Shown: positions 36,572 through 46,758, counted from the first letter of the stretch. The stretch is DNA of 55,155 nucleotides from an uncultured Rhodobacterales bacterium (GCA_964480735.1 CAYZQS010000003.1:14490-69644), one strand, 5' to 3'. Program-made: numbers and translations. Notes: generated by a model from the letters alone, not told the origin.

Positions 36572-38023
36572 TTAAGCCATATGCAGCTTCACGTATTCAT
36601 AGTCTCCGGGCTTGTTGTTGATGCCGCTGCGGGGCGGCGCGATCCAACCGGCGTATTCCCCCGGTGTGGTGACCGGTGCCATCAACGAGGCAATAAAGTC
36701 ACCATCTGCTGATGAGGGCAGCCAATCGTCTTTTTGATCCTGCCAGTCCCGGTCTGACACAACTTTGCCATCCGGCGTTATGGGCGCGCCCTTGAACGCG
36801 CCGATCTGACGGTGAAACCCTTCGTGTGGCAGCGCCAGTTCAAAATCTATGCCCAGTTTGCTGATAATGACATTCCAGCGCCGCACGCCGCCGGATGCAT
36901 CCACCGTATAGTCATCCCGCAGGCGCATGTTAATCGCGGTCAGGGCAGGGGCATCGCGCAGCAGGATTTTACCATCCACATATTCAGACACCGGATATGT
37001 GGTGTTTTTCAGTTGATGATCATCTTCAATCCGGTTTTCCCGAAATCGCCCCTTTACGCCCGCGTTAAAGGCATTGGCGGCGTTGGTGCTGACTTCTGAT
37101 CCAAACAGATCAAGCGAAAGCGTGTAGTGCAGGTTAAGTTTCTTTTGCAATGTTGGCAGGTCGATTACCCCCAACGCCCGAATTTTGTCGATGTCGTAAG
37201 GGTCCTTGATCCCGGCCTCGTTCATCGCTTCGCAGGTCCGGCGGATGGTCCGGCCCACACCGCTTTCACCAACAAACATATGATGCGCTTCTTCTGTCAG
37301 CATAAAGCGGCAGGTTCTGGACAGCGGATCAAAACCCGATTGCGCCAGCGCCTCCAGCTGCATCTTGCCGTCGCGGTCGGTAAAACAGGTGAACATGAAG
37401 AACGACAGCCAATCAGGGGTTTCCTCGTTGAACGCGCCCAACATGCGCGGGGCCTCGTCAGAGCCTGACTGTCGCCGCAACAGATCATTGGCTTCTTCAC
37501 GCCCGTCGCTGCCAAAATATTTCTGCAGAATATAGACCATCGCCCACAGGTGCCGGCCTTCCTCGACATTCACCTGAAAAAGATTTCGCATGTCATAAAG
37601 CGACGGGGCGGTTTTGCCCAAATAGCGTTGTTGCTCCACGCTGGCGGGTTCCGTGTCACCCTGAATAACCACCAATCGGCGCAGCATGGCGCGGTATTCT
37701 CCCGGCACCTCCTGCCATGCCGGTTCACCGTAGTGTTCGCCACAGGGGATTTTGCGGTCTTCCACCTGTGGGGCCAGCAGAATGCCCCAGCGGTATTCCG
37801 GCATCTTTACATAGTCAAATTTGGCCCAGCCCTTGGGATCAACGCTGATGGCGGTGCGCAGATAAACCAGATTTTCCAAATAGCCGTCCGGGCCGCTGTT
37901 TTTCCACCAATCCAAATAGCCGGGATGCCATTTCTCAAGCGCTTTCAGAACGCGTCGGTCACTGGAAAGTTCAACATTATTGGGGATTTGCGTGTCATAG
38001 CTAACGTTAATCAGGTCACTCAA
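36572..38023 (-). CDS. boxB: Benzoyl-CoA 2,3-epoxidase oxygenase component BoxB (di-iron)
   Basis: 483 aa with di-iron motifs NVEEGRHLW and LTEEAHHMF. The N-terminus ...IPNNVELS...ALEKWHPGYLDWW is typical of BoxB. Confidence 0.85.
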   Translation of the reverse strand: MSDLINVSYDTQIPNNVELSSDRRVLKALEKWHPGYLDWWKNSGPDGYLENLVYLRTAISVDPKGWAKFDYVKMPEYRWGILLAPQVEDRKIPCGEHYGEPAWQEVPGEYRAMLRRLVVIQGDTEPASVEQQRYLGKTAPSLYDMRNLFQVNVEEGRHLWAMVYILQKYFGSDGREEANDLLRRQSGSDEAPRMLGAFNEETPDWLSFFMFTCFTDRDGKMQLEALAQSGFDPLSRTCRFMLTEEAHHMFVGESGVGRTIRRTCEAMNEAGIKDPYDIDKIRALGVIDLPTLQKKLNLHYTLSLDLFGSEVSTNAANAFNAGVKGRFRENRIEDDHQLKNTTYPVSEYVDGKILLRDAPALTAINMRLRDDYTVDASGGVRRWNVIISKLGIDFELALPHEGFHRQIGAFKGAPITPDGKVVSDRDWQDQKDDWLPSSADGDFIASLMAPVTTPGEYAGWIAPPRSGINNKPGDYEYVKLHMA

Positions 38024-38046
38024 TTGATCTCTCCGGTTTGTTCACT

Positions 38047-39702
38047 TTACACGCGATCTTTGTTGTATTTGGCCCGCATCCCGCTGCCGTAGCGCTGTAA
38101 CGCGCCGTCCTCGCCAACTGCGTTGGGCCGTTGAAAAATCCAGTTTTGCCAAGCGGTCAGGCGGCCAAAAACCCGCGTTTCAAGGGTTTCCACCCCGGCA
38201 AAGCGCAGGTTGGCCTCCATGCCTGTCAGGGCGTCCGGTGAAAAACTTGCGCGTTCTTCCAAAAACACCCGGATTTCATCGTCCCAGTCAATATCATCAA
38301 GCGCGAAAGTCACCAGCCCAAGCGCATGCGCGGCCTGTGCGTCAAGCGGATGATTTTGCCGGTCAGTCATTCCCGCCGCCACACCATCGTTGCCCCAAAA
38401 CCGGGTTTCCAGCCGAGTTAAGCCGTTTGACATGGCCAGCGGGCCAAAATTTGCCTGCGTCAGAGTTATTTCAGCAGGCGGCCGGTTGTCGCCCTCAAAC
38501 GCGCCATCGGCCATATAGCTGCGGTCCGCGGCAAACAGCAGTTCGGCCAGAATACCGGTGAAACAAGAACCGGGCGTGACCAAGGCGATCATTGAACGTG
38601 ACGTCAGATCAATACGCTTTAGCACCCGTTTCCAGTTCAGCAAAATCTCGCGGGCCAGCCAGTTGCTGTTGTTTTCAAACAAAAACCGCTCGTGCGCGGC
38701 AACGGTTGCGGGATCACCGGTTGCTTTGAAGATCAATATTCCAATGTCAATCTCGTTAAACCGAAGGTGCAGGATGGCGTCATCCAATTGCCGTGCGCAG
38801 GCCAGCAACCAATTGTCCGCACCCTGCTTTTGCAATTGCGCAAGGGTTTTGGGCGGGGCGTTTTTGGGCGCTGTAATTTCAAGGGTTGCCGTGCGCCTGT
38901 TCCGGTCAATTTCCACAGTCAGCGTGTCATATTTGATCAGATTGCCGTCGATACTGCGGGCGATTATTGGCAACGCGATGCCCGCAACGTCGCCGGTATC
39001 TGCCTTTTGCGCAAACTCTTTGGCGCGCTGCGCGACAACCTGGTCAAACTTAGAGTTTGGCACCACCTCATCCACCAGCGCCCAGTCTTTCGCCTTTTTG
39101 CCGCGCACCCCTTCCTCTGACGAACAAAACACATCCGCCAGATCACGCCGCACGTGGCGTTTGTCTGACACGCGCGTCAAACCACCCGTGCCCGGCAGAA
39201 CCGCCAGCAACGGCACTTCGGGCAGGGACACGGCAGACGATGCGTCGTCGGTCAGGATGATGTGGTTACAGGCCAGCGCCAGCTCATATCCGCCACCGGC
39301 ACAGGACCCGCGCACAGCGCAAATATAGTGCTGGTTTGAATCCTTTGCTGCGGCCTCGTAGGTATTGCGGGTCTCGTTGGTGAATTTGCAGAAATTGACC
39401 TTATGGGCATGATCTGCTTTGCCCAGCATGCGAATATTGGCCCCGGCGCAAAAAACGTTGTCCTTGCCCGAGCGCATGACCACGCAGCCAATTTCCGGGT
39501 GTTCAAAGCGCATGCGCTGCACGATATCGGCAAGTTCGATATCAACCCCCAAGTCATAAGAATTCAGCTTCAGCTCGTACCCGTCAATCAACCCGCCACG
39601 CTCATCCACATCCATGAACAAATTGGCCACGGTACCATCATATTCCACCCGCCAATGGCGGTATTTCGACGGGTCGGTTCGAAAGTCGATGGGTTTGGTC
39701 AC
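38047..39702 (-). CDS. boxC: 2,3-epoxybenzoyl-CoA dihydrolase BoxC (crotonase superfamily, double-length)
   Basis: 551 aa, with an enoyl-CoA hydratase-like N-terminal domain (FCAGANI, AVRGSCAGGGYELALAC), in synteny with boxB. GTG start as listed. Confidence 0.8.
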   Translation of the reverse strand: MTKPIDFRTDPSKYRHWRVEYDGTVANLFMDVDERGGLIDGYELKLNSYDLGVDIELADIVQRMRFEHPEIGCVVMRSGKDNVFCAGANIRMLGKADHAHKVNFCKFTNETRNTYEAAAKDSNQHYICAVRGSCAGGGYELALACNHIILTDDASSAVSLPEVPLLAVLPGTGGLTRVSDKRHVRRDLADVFCSSEEGVRGKKAKDWALVDEVVPNSKFDQVVAQRAKEFAQKADTGDVAGIALPIIARSIDGNLIKYDTLTVEIDRNRRTATLEITAPKNAPPKTLAQLQKQGADNWLLACARQLDDAILHLRFNEIDIGILIFKATGDPATVAAHERFLFENNSNWLAREILLNWKRVLKRIDLTSRSMIALVTPGSCFTGILAELLFAADRSYMADGAFEGDNRPPAEITLTQANFGPLAMSNGLTRLETRFWGNDGVAAGMTDRQNHPLDAQAAHALGLVTFALDDIDWDDEIRVFLEERASFSPDALTGMEANLRFAGVETLETRVFGRLTAWQNWIFQRPNAVGEDGALQRYGSGMRAKYNKDRV

Positions 39703-39774
39703 GGGCAGTCCAGACGAAGTATTTAGGTGTTATAATGCAATTTTCCGCCGGATAGTGCAAGAAAAAAGCAATTT

Positions 39775-40602
39775 TTATGCATTATATTGCATATTTACGT
39801 TCACATCCTCAATCCTCTGCAACCGATTCAGAAACTCTGTCAGTTTGCGCACAACCAGTTCCTGATGCTCCAAATGCGGGGCGTGCCCGCAGTTTTCGAC
39901 CATCAGGCTGTCAAAAGGGGCCAGCAGCCCGTCCCGCAACGCCTTTATCTGCGCTTTGGTGCCATAGGCATCCTGCACGCCCTGAATGGCCAAAACCGGC
40001 ACTTGAACGCCGGGCAGATAATCCTGAATGTCCCAGTTGCGAAAATCAGGATGCAGCCACGCATCGGCCCAACCGAAAAAGGCGTTGTCCGGGTCATTAT
40101 GATACTTTGCCAGACGCGCCCGCAAATCACCGGTAACGTAAGATTTACGTGTTGTGGCAATGGCATCCAGACCGCTGTCTTCAGCAAAAAAATGTGGTGC
40201 GATCAGGCACAATCCGCGCACGCGGCTGTCTGCCAGCCCACCCAGAACCGCCGCAATTGACGCACCATCGCTGTGGCCGATCAGAATGGCTTTCTCAAGG
40301 TTTAACGCCGCCAAAACAGCAGGCAGCACGTCCAGCGCCTCGCGTTCCATATAATCCAGCGGTCGCGGCAGCGCCGCAGCGCTTGACCTGCCATACCCCG
40401 TCCTTGAATAGGCAACCACGCTTAGGCCGGTGGCCAGATGCAGTGCTTTTGGAAAAGTTTTCCACAGTTCAACGCAGCCCAGACCCTCGTGCAGCAGCAG
40501 CAGAACCGGCGTTGTGCCGGGGCTTGGCCCCCAACAGCGCACCGCCAGCTTGCGGTCCGCAATTTCGATAAAAAACCCGTCGCCCTGCTGCCAATCGGCC
40601 AT
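39775..40602 (-). CDS. Alpha/beta-fold hydrolase
   Basis: 275 aa with HEGLG (oxyanion region), the nucleophile elbow GHSDG and a C-terminal GH. It sits inside the box cluster. Confidence 0.75.
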   Translation of the reverse strand: MADWQQGDGFFIEIADRKLAVRCWGPSPGTTPVLLLLHEGLGCVELWKTFPKALHLATGLSVVAYSRTGYGRSSAAALPRPLDYMEREALDVLPAVLAALNLEKAILIGHSDGASIAAVLGGLADSRVRGLCLIAPHFFAEDSGLDAIATTRKSYVTGDLRARLAKYHNDPDNAFFGWADAWLHPDFRNWDIQDYLPGVQVPVLAIQGVQDAYGTKAQIKALRDGLLAPFDSLMVENCGHAPHLEHQELVVRKLTEFLNRLQRIEDVNVNMQYNA

Positions 40603-42140
40603 CAGTCGCGCAGCTTAAAGCGCTGGATTTTGCCGGTGGCGGTCTTGGGAAGGTCATCGACAAATTCCACCCAGCGGGGATATTTCCATTTGCCCACGGT
40701 GTTTTTGACGTGTTCCTGCAGCTGACTGGACAGAACCTCGTTGCCGGTGCCTGTTTTCAAAACCACAAAAGCTTTGGGTTTTTCCAGTCCCGCCGCGTCC
40801 CGCGCCGCCACCACGGCGGCCTCCAGAACACTGCCGTGACTGATCAGCGCCTGTTCCACCTCAAAGGGGGACACCCAGATGCCGCTGACCTTGAACATAT
40901 CATCTGTGCGCCCGCAGTAAATATAACGCCCGTCCGCACGCTGTTCATATTTATCCCCGGTATGGGTCCAGACCCCGGCAAAGGTTGCGCGGGATTTTTC
41001 GCGTTGGTTCCAATACCCGTCGGCGGCTGAGGGCGCGTTGACCAGCAATTCGCCGATTTCACCGGTTTTGACGTCCGCGCCGCTGTCATTCACCAGTCGC
41101 AACCCATAGCCCGGCACCGCCACGCCCGACGTGCCGTATTCAAGGCTGTCAGGCGCATTTGACAGGAATATGTGCAACAGTTCGGTAGAGCCAACGCCGT
41201 CCAGAATATCGCTGCCGATGATCTTCTTCCAGTTGCGGCCAATTTCCGCGGGCAGGGCTTCACCGGCTGAAATTGCACGACGGATGTTGGTGGCACCGCC
41301 CGGCGTTTCACCGTCCATCGCCGCCAGCATCGCCGCGTAAAGCGTTGGCACACCACAGAAAATTGTCGGCTTTGTGCGGGCCATCACGTCAAACATCGCG
41401 TCCGGCGTGGGCCGCTGTGGCCACAAAATGGCTGTTGCGCCCACGGACATCGGAAAACTGATCGAATTGCCAAGACCGTAGGCAAAGAACATTTTGGCGG
41501 CAGAGAAAATCACGTCGTTTTCGGTTATGCCCAGCACTTTTGCGCCGTATGTGTCCGATGTGGCCTGAAGGCTGGAATGAACGTGCCGCACGCCTTTCGG
41601 AGCACCCGTAGAGCCTGAAGAATAAAGCCAAAAGGCGCATTCGTCAGCACTGGTTTGAACCATTTCACGGGGTTTGCTTTGCTTCAGTTCCGCTGCAAAA
41701 TCCAAGTGTTCACCGGCATCACCGATAACAAAAACCGCATTGACGTGTGCGTGGTCCGCCAGCAAAGGCGCAACAACCGGCAACATGGCGGCGGATACAA
41801 ACAACGCGCGTGGTCTGGCGTCATTCAATATTACATCATAAATTTCGGTGCTTAACATAGTGTTCAGGGGCACCGGAATCACACCGCATTTGATCGCGCC
41901 CCAAAATATCACGGGAAACTCTATGGTGTCATGCACCAGAATCACCGCGCGGTCCTCGCGGGCAATTCCGTGCCGCGCCAGCATGTCGCCGATCCGGTCA
42001 GATTGATCGGCCAGTGCGCCGTATGTCAGTTGCCGCGCACCCGCGTCGCCCTCTACAAAGGCGGGTTTGTCGGCAATCGGACCGCTGCGATGGCGTTCCA
42101 CGAAATAAACTGCGGCGTTGGCATTGTTCTTGCTGGTCAT
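40602..42140 (-). CDS. bclA: Benzoate-CoA ligase (AMP-forming acyl-CoA synthetase family)
   Basis: AMP motif YSSGSTGAPKG, TGD, and a C-terminal KTATGKIQR. The box-cluster context supports benzoate as substrate. Confidence 0.75.
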   Translation of the reverse strand: MTSKNNANAAVYFVERHRSGPIADKPAFVEGDAGARQLTYGALADQSDRIGDMLARHGIAREDRAVILVHDTIEFPVIFWGAIKCGVIPVPLNTMLSTEIYDVILNDARPRALFVSAAMLPVVAPLLADHAHVNAVFVIGDAGEHLDFAAELKQSKPREMVQTSADECAFWLYSSGSTGAPKGVRHVHSSLQATSDTYGAKVLGITENDVIFSAAKMFFAYGLGNSISFPMSVGATAILWPQRPTPDAMFDVMARTKPTIFCGVPTLYAAMLAAMDGETPGGATNIRRAISAGEALPAEIGRNWKKIIGSDILDGVGSTELLHIFLSNAPDSLEYGTSGVAVPGYGLRLVNDSGADVKTGEIGELLVNAPSAADGYWNQREKSRATFAGVWTHTGDKYEQRADGRYIYCGRTDDMFKVSGIWVSPFEVEQALISHGSVLEAAVVAARDAAGLEKPKAFVVLKTGTGNEVLSSQLQEHVKNTVGKWKYPRWVEFVDDLPKTATGKIQRFKLRD

Positions 42141-42172
42141 AGCAATCTTTCAAATTTGCGGGTGCCCTTTGT

Positions 42173-42874
42173 TCACACCCCAAGATAACGGTGCAGCGCC
42201 TCTTTGTCTTTACGTAACGCCTCAGAGGTTCCGGTCCAGACGATCTTGCCCCGTTCGATGATATGGTTGCGGTCCGCGATCTTCAGCAGATCAGACAGGT
42301 TTTTGTCGACCACCAGAATAGACATATTGTCGGCCCGAATTTGGTTAAGCGCCGCCCAGATTTTCTGGCGCACCAGCGGGGCAAGGCCTTCGGTTGCCTC
42401 GTCCAGAATCAAAAGCTTTGGATTGGTCATCAGGGCGCGTCCGATTGCCAGCATTTGTTGCTCGCCACCTGACAGCAGGTTGCCCATAGATGTACGGCGT
42501 TCTGCCAGTTCGGGAAATAATTCGAAAATTCGCTGAATGGTCCAGGGGTTTTTGGCATTCAGGTGATTGCTGGCGGTGGCAACCAGATTTTCCCGCAGGG
42601 AAAGATTGGGAAAAATCTGCCGCCCCTCGGGCACCAGTCCAAGGCCCAGATTGGCAGTTTTAAACGACGCACGGCCCACCAGTTCTGTTCCCTCAAATTT
42701 GACGGACCCGGCGGTGGCTTTCACAATGCCCATGATAGAGTTGATCGTGGTGGTCTTGCCCATGCCGTTGCGGCCAAGCAAGGTGGCAACCTCGCCGGTG
42801 CCAACGTATAGGTCGATGCCAAACAAGGCCTGCGAGGGGCCGTAATGGGTGGTTAAGCCTGATATTTGCAACAT
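42173..42874 (-). CDS. Branched-chain/aromatic-acid ABC transporter ATPase (LivF-like)
   Basis: Start moved to ATG 42874 (MLQISGL). Walker A GRNGMGKTT, signature LSGGEQQML, Walker B LILDEA. Confidence 0.85.
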   Translation of the reverse strand: MLQISGLTTHYGPSQALFGIDLYVGTGEVATLLGRNGMGKTTTINSIMGIVKATAGSVKFEGTELVGRASFKTANLGLGLVPEGRQIFPNLSLRENLVATASNHLNAKNPWTIQRIFELFPELAERRTSMGNLLSGGEQQMLAIGRALMTNPKLLILDEATEGLAPLVRQKIWAALNQIRADNMSILVVDKNLSDLLKIADRNHIIERGKIVWTGTSEALRKDKEALHRYLGV

Positions 42875-42875
42875 A

Positions 42876-43619
42876 TCAGTCTTCCCCCAGATAGGCGTGG
42901 CGAACCTCATCGTTGTTGCGGATGTCTTCGGGGCTGCCGGTGGCGATCAGGCGCCCATAAACCAGCACGGAAATGCGGTCTGCCAAGGCAAAGACGGCAT
43001 CCATGTCATGCTCGATCAGCAGGATCGTGCGTTCACCCTTCAGCTCTTTTAAGAATGCCACCAGCAGCGCACTTTCCTCGGGGCCAAGTCCGGCCATCGG
43101 TTCATCCAGCAACATAAGTTCCGCGCCAGAAGCCAGCGCAATGGCGATTTCCAGCTGCCGGTGTTCACCGTGGGACAGTTCAGAGGTCAAACTGTCAGCA
43201 CGACCGCGCAGGCCAACCTTGTTCAGGTTTTCCATCGCGGCGTCGCGGATATGGGTCAGGCTGCGTGCAGGTTTCAGAAACCTGAAGGAATGGCCATCCT
43301 GCGCCTGCACAGCCAGCGCCACATTGTCCAGCACGCTGAGACCCATCACCAGCGAAGTGATCTGAAACGACCGCGTGATGCCCAGTTTGGCCCGCGCATA
43401 GGCCGGTTTATGGGTGATTTCACGCCCGGCCAGCACCACCCTGCCGGAGTCTGATTTCAAGCCGCCCGACAGTTGTGAAATCAACGTGGTTTTGCCGGCA
43501 CCGTTGGGCCCGATGACCGCATGAATTTCACCTTTAAGCACGTCCAGATTAACGTCATCGGTCGCAGTGACACCGCCAAAACTTTTGTTCAGGCCAAAAA
43601 CCTTAAGCAGGGCTGTCAT
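42876..43619 (-). CDS. ABC transporter ATPase (LivG-like)
   Basis: Walker A GPNGAGKTT, signature LSHGEHRQL, Walker B LMLLDEP. Confidence 0.85.
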   Translation of the reverse strand: MTALLKVFGLNKSFGGVTATDDVNLDVLKGEIHAVIGPNGAGKTTLISQLSGGLKSDSGRVVLAGREITHKPAYARAKLGITRSFQITSLVMGLSVLDNVALAVQAQDGHSFRFLKPARSLTHIRDAAMENLNKVGLRGRADSLTSELSHGEHRQLEIAIALASGAELMLLDEPMAGLGPEESALLVAFLKELKGERTILLIEHDMDAVFALADRISVLVYGRLIATGSPEDIRNNDEVRHAYLGED

Positions 43620-43620
43620 G

Positions 43621-44586
43621 TTATTTTCCCCCTGCTTTAAACAGGCCCATCAGGCCGCCACGGATGAACAAAACCACGCCGATCAGCATCAGGCCAAAGG
43701 GCAGGTGCCAAAAGGTGGTTAGGGATGACAGAAATTCCTCGATCAACACGAATGTCGAAGACCCAAGGACCGCGCCAAACGCTGTGGAGGCCCCACCAAG
43801 GATCACCATGAACATCAATTCGCCAGAGCGCGTCCAGTGCATCATGTCAGGCGAAATAAATGTGGTGAAATTGCCCAGCAGAAAACCTGCATAGCCGCAC
43901 ATGGCACCTGAAATCACATAGGCGGTCAGCCGGTAGAAATAGGTGTTATACCCCAGCGTCACCATACGTTCGTTGTTGCCTTTGGCCCCCTGCAAAACCA
44001 TGCCAAACCGTGAATTGACGATGATTTTGACCAAAATCATGGCACCAACCAACGAGACATAAGACAGCAGGTAAAGTTGCAGCGGATCGTCCAGGTTGAT
44101 CATCGGCAGTTCGCTGCGAATATCAATCGTCAGGCCGTCATCACCATTATAAACTTCCAGCGACTGAAACAGAAAAAACGCCATCTGGCTGAATGCCATT
44201 GTGATCATGATGAAATAAACGCCTTTGGTGCGCAGGGATATTGCCCCCGTAATCAACGCAAAAAGCGCGGATATTCCGACCGCAAGCAACAGATGGAACA
44301 GGCCGTTGTACGAGGCCACGGCCTCAAACCCGCCCCATGTTGCATGATGGGCCGGAATGCCAACCGCATAGGCACCCAATCCGATAAAAGCAGCGTGCCC
44401 AAAGGACACCATCCCGCCATACCCAAGGATCAGGTTCAGGCTGACAGCGGCAATCGCCAGAATAACCAGCCGCGAGGCCAGATCCAGATAGAATGCGTGT
44501 CCCGTCCACAGGAACACCGGCGGCAATATGGCCAGCGCGACCATGCCCACAAAGGTGACCCATCCGACAACGGACAACTTCAGCAT
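43621..44586 (-). CDS. ABC transporter permease (LivM-like)
   Basis: 321 aa, multi-TM, in Liv-type operon order. Confidence 0.8.
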   Translation of the reverse strand: MLKLSVVGWVTFVGMVALAILPPVFLWTGHAFYLDLASRLVILAIAAVSLNLILGYGGMVSFGHAAFIGLGAYAVGIPAHHATWGGFEAVASYNGLFHLLLAVGISALFALITGAISLRTKGVYFIMITMAFSQMAFFLFQSLEVYNGDDGLTIDIRSELPMINLDDPLQLYLLSYVSLVGAMILVKIIVNSRFGMVLQGAKGNNERMVTLGYNTYFYRLTAYVISGAMCGYAGFLLGNFTTFISPDMMHWTRSGELMFMVILGGASTAFGAVLGSSTFVLIEEFLSSLTTFWHLPFGLMLIGVVLFIRGGLMGLFKAGGK

Positions 44587-45509
44587 CAGCGTACCCTTGG
44601 CGGAAACAGCCCCTGCGGGCGAAATGCCAGAATAATCGCCATCAGGATATAAATCGCCATTGCCGAAACTGCCGGTGCCGCGGTTTCGGCCGCGTCTTCG
44701 GACATGAACAACTCAAACCCCTGATCCAGAAAGGACCGGCCCATTGTGTTGATCATGCCAACGATCAAGGCCGCAACAAACGCCCCTTTCATGGACCCGA
44801 TGCCGCCGATTATGATGACGACGAATGCCGTGATGATGATCTGACCACCCATGCCCAAAGAGGCGGTGGTGATCGGTGTGATCAGCATCCCGGCCAAACC
44901 CGCCATCATGGCACCCAGCGCAAATACCAAAGCAAACAGCGTTTGAATATCAATGCCCAGGGCTGAAACCATCGTTCGGTTTGAGGCCCCGGCGCGGATC
45001 AGCATGCCCAAACGGGTATAGTTCACCAGCCAGACAAGCCCGGCGGCAACCGCAAGACCGGTTCCGATGATCAAAAGACGATAGGATGGGATAACAGCGC
45101 CCTCAAACAGTTCAATCTGACCATCAAGCCAAAGGGGCAGGGGAACGGTTATGCCCGCAGGCCCCCACAGCAGATGCGCCAGCGTTTCCAGCACCAGAAT
45201 CAGCCCGAAAGTGCCAAGCACGTGATCGAGATGGTCTTTTTCGTAAAGTCGGCGCGCCACCAGTTTCTCAATTGCAAATCCCAACGCGCCGGTTAGGGGT
45301 AGGGCAATGACCACCGCCCACAAGAAATTGCCGATCAAAAGGGTCAGCGACGCGCAAATAAACGCGCCAATCATATAGATCGACCCGTGCGCCAGATTGA
45401 CAAAATCAAGAATGCCAAACACCAGCGTCAGCCCGGAGGCCACTAAAAACAACAGCAGGCCCAGTTGCAGGCCGTTCAGCGTTTGAACAAATAAAAGAGT
45501 GTAGTCCAC
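44586..45509 (-). CDS. ABC transporter permease (LivH-like)
   Basis: Multi-TM. Start tentatively GTG 45509 (VDYTLLFVQTLNG); the listed start is 45533. Confidence 0.75.
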   Translation of the reverse strand: MDYTLLFVQTLNGLQLGLLLFLVASGLTLVFGILDFVNLAHGSIYMIGAFICASLTLLIGNFLWAVVIALPLTGALGFAIEKLVARRLYEKDHLDHVLGTFGLILVLETLAHLLWGPAGITVPLPLWLDGQIELFEGAVIPSYRLLIIGTGLAVAAGLVWLVNYTRLGMLIRAGASNRTMVSALGIDIQTLFALVFALGAMMAGLAGMLITPITTASLGMGGQIIITAFVVIIIGGIGSMKGAFVAALIVGMINTMGRSFLDQGFELFMSEDAAETAAPAVSAMAIYILMAIILAFRPQGLFPPRVR

Positions 45510-45582
45510 GAAGGTTCCCCGACCCTTGCGCAATTATGGCCGGAGCAATTGCCCCGACCATATTTCTTTTTTCAGGCAGGCC

Positions 45583-46758
45583 TTAGTTCAGCGAACATTC
45601 AGCCGCATATGTATCCTGATGGGCCTCATAAACCGTTTGCACGATCTTGGTTGTCCAGTTGCCGTCGGAATCTTTCACGACCTCACGCAGATAGAAGTTC
45701 TGGATCGGCATGTGGTTGTTGCCGTAGGTGTAAGGACCACGAACCGACGCATAAGTTTCTGCCTTCATTGCGGCCCGCATACCGTCCATGTCCGACAGAT
45801 CACCACCAACCGCTTCAACCGCTGATTTGATCAGGAAGATCGCATCGTAAGCCTGGGCTGCATAAAACGACGGATAGCTGCCGTGAGCGGCACGAAAGTC
45901 CGCCACAAAACGGTTGTTTTGCGCGTTGTCCAGCGTTGGATCCCACTGCTGGGTGAACTGGCTGCCCAAAACATCCGTGAAATCCGCTGCCTGAAATTTT
46001 GGCAGGCTTAACGCATCAACCGTAAATGTGGTGTAAAGCGGCAGGCTGTCTTTCAGACCGGCCTGTTGGTATTGCTTCATGAACGCTCCACCGGCCTTGC
46101 CGGGATAAAACACAAACAACCCTTCGGCACCCGAAGCTTTGGCTTTGGCCAGTTCGGCGGAAAAATCAAGCTGGGTTGGCCACGCCGTCATATCCGTGCC
46201 CATCACTTCGCCCTTAAAGGTGCGTTTGACACCTGCCACCATGCCCTTACCGGCGGCATAATTTGGCGCGATGATATAGATCGATTTCACGCCGTTCTGG
46301 TTCAGAACCTCACCCATCGCCATTGGCGTTTGGTCGTTCTGCCAAGAGGACGAAAAGAAATTCTTGTGGCACAGTTTGCCGGCAACCGGGCCGGGGCCTG
46401 CGTTTGCGGTGATAAGAAATTTGCCCGCATCCAGAACGGATTTCCGCGACGCCATCAAAACGTGGCTCCAAATATAACCGGCAACAAAATCAACATCGTC
46501 CTGTTTGACCAGCTTATCCGTCGCCTGTTTGCCGATTTCAGGTTTGAACCCGTCATCCGCAAAAATCAGGTTCACGTCCAAATCACCCATTTTGCCGCCG
46601 ATATGTTCCATCGCCAGATCGACACCTTTCTTGATGTCGTTGCCGATAACAGCGCCACCGGTGGTTAGCGTCGTGACAAAGCCGATTTTTACTTCAGCGG
46701 CCTGTGCCAGGCTTGTCAGCATGGTTGCAGCCAGCGCCGCGCCTATCAATCGTTTCAT
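45583..46758 (-). CDS. Periplasmic substrate-binding protein (Leu/Ile/Val-binding family), probable benzoate/aromatic-acid binding
   Basis: ATG 46758 after GGGAGA. Signal peptide MKRLIGAALAATMLTSLAQA, then a type-I PBP pattern. It is the first gene of the box/transport gene string. Confidence 0.75.
   Translation of the reverse strand: MKRLIGAALAATMLTSLAQAAEVKIGFVTTLTTGGAVIGNDIKKGVDLAMEHIGGKMGDLDVNLIFADDGFKPEIGKQATDKLVKQDDVDFVAGYIWSHVLMASRKSVLDAGKFLITANAGPGPVAGKLCHKNFFSSSWQNDQTPMAMGEVLNQNGVKSIYIIAPNYAAGKGMVAGVKRTFKGEVMGTDMTAWPTQLDFSAELAKAKASGAEGLFVFYPGKAGGAFMKQYQQAGLKDSLPLYTTFTVDALSLPKFQAADFTDVLGSQFTQQWDPTLDNAQNNRFVADFRAAHGSYPSFYAAQAYDAIFLIKSAVEAVGGDLSDMDGMRAAMKAETYASVRGPYTYGNNHMPIQNFYLREVVKDSDGNWTTKIVQTVYEAHQDTYAAECSLN

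Noticed and set aside
39730-39762. Specific -35/-10 assignment (TTGCAC ... TATAAC) for a boxC promoter.
   Set aside because: The spacing is 20-21 nt for the best hexamers, and acceptable spacing gives poor hexamers. Only the AT-rich, TGCA-rich character is reported.
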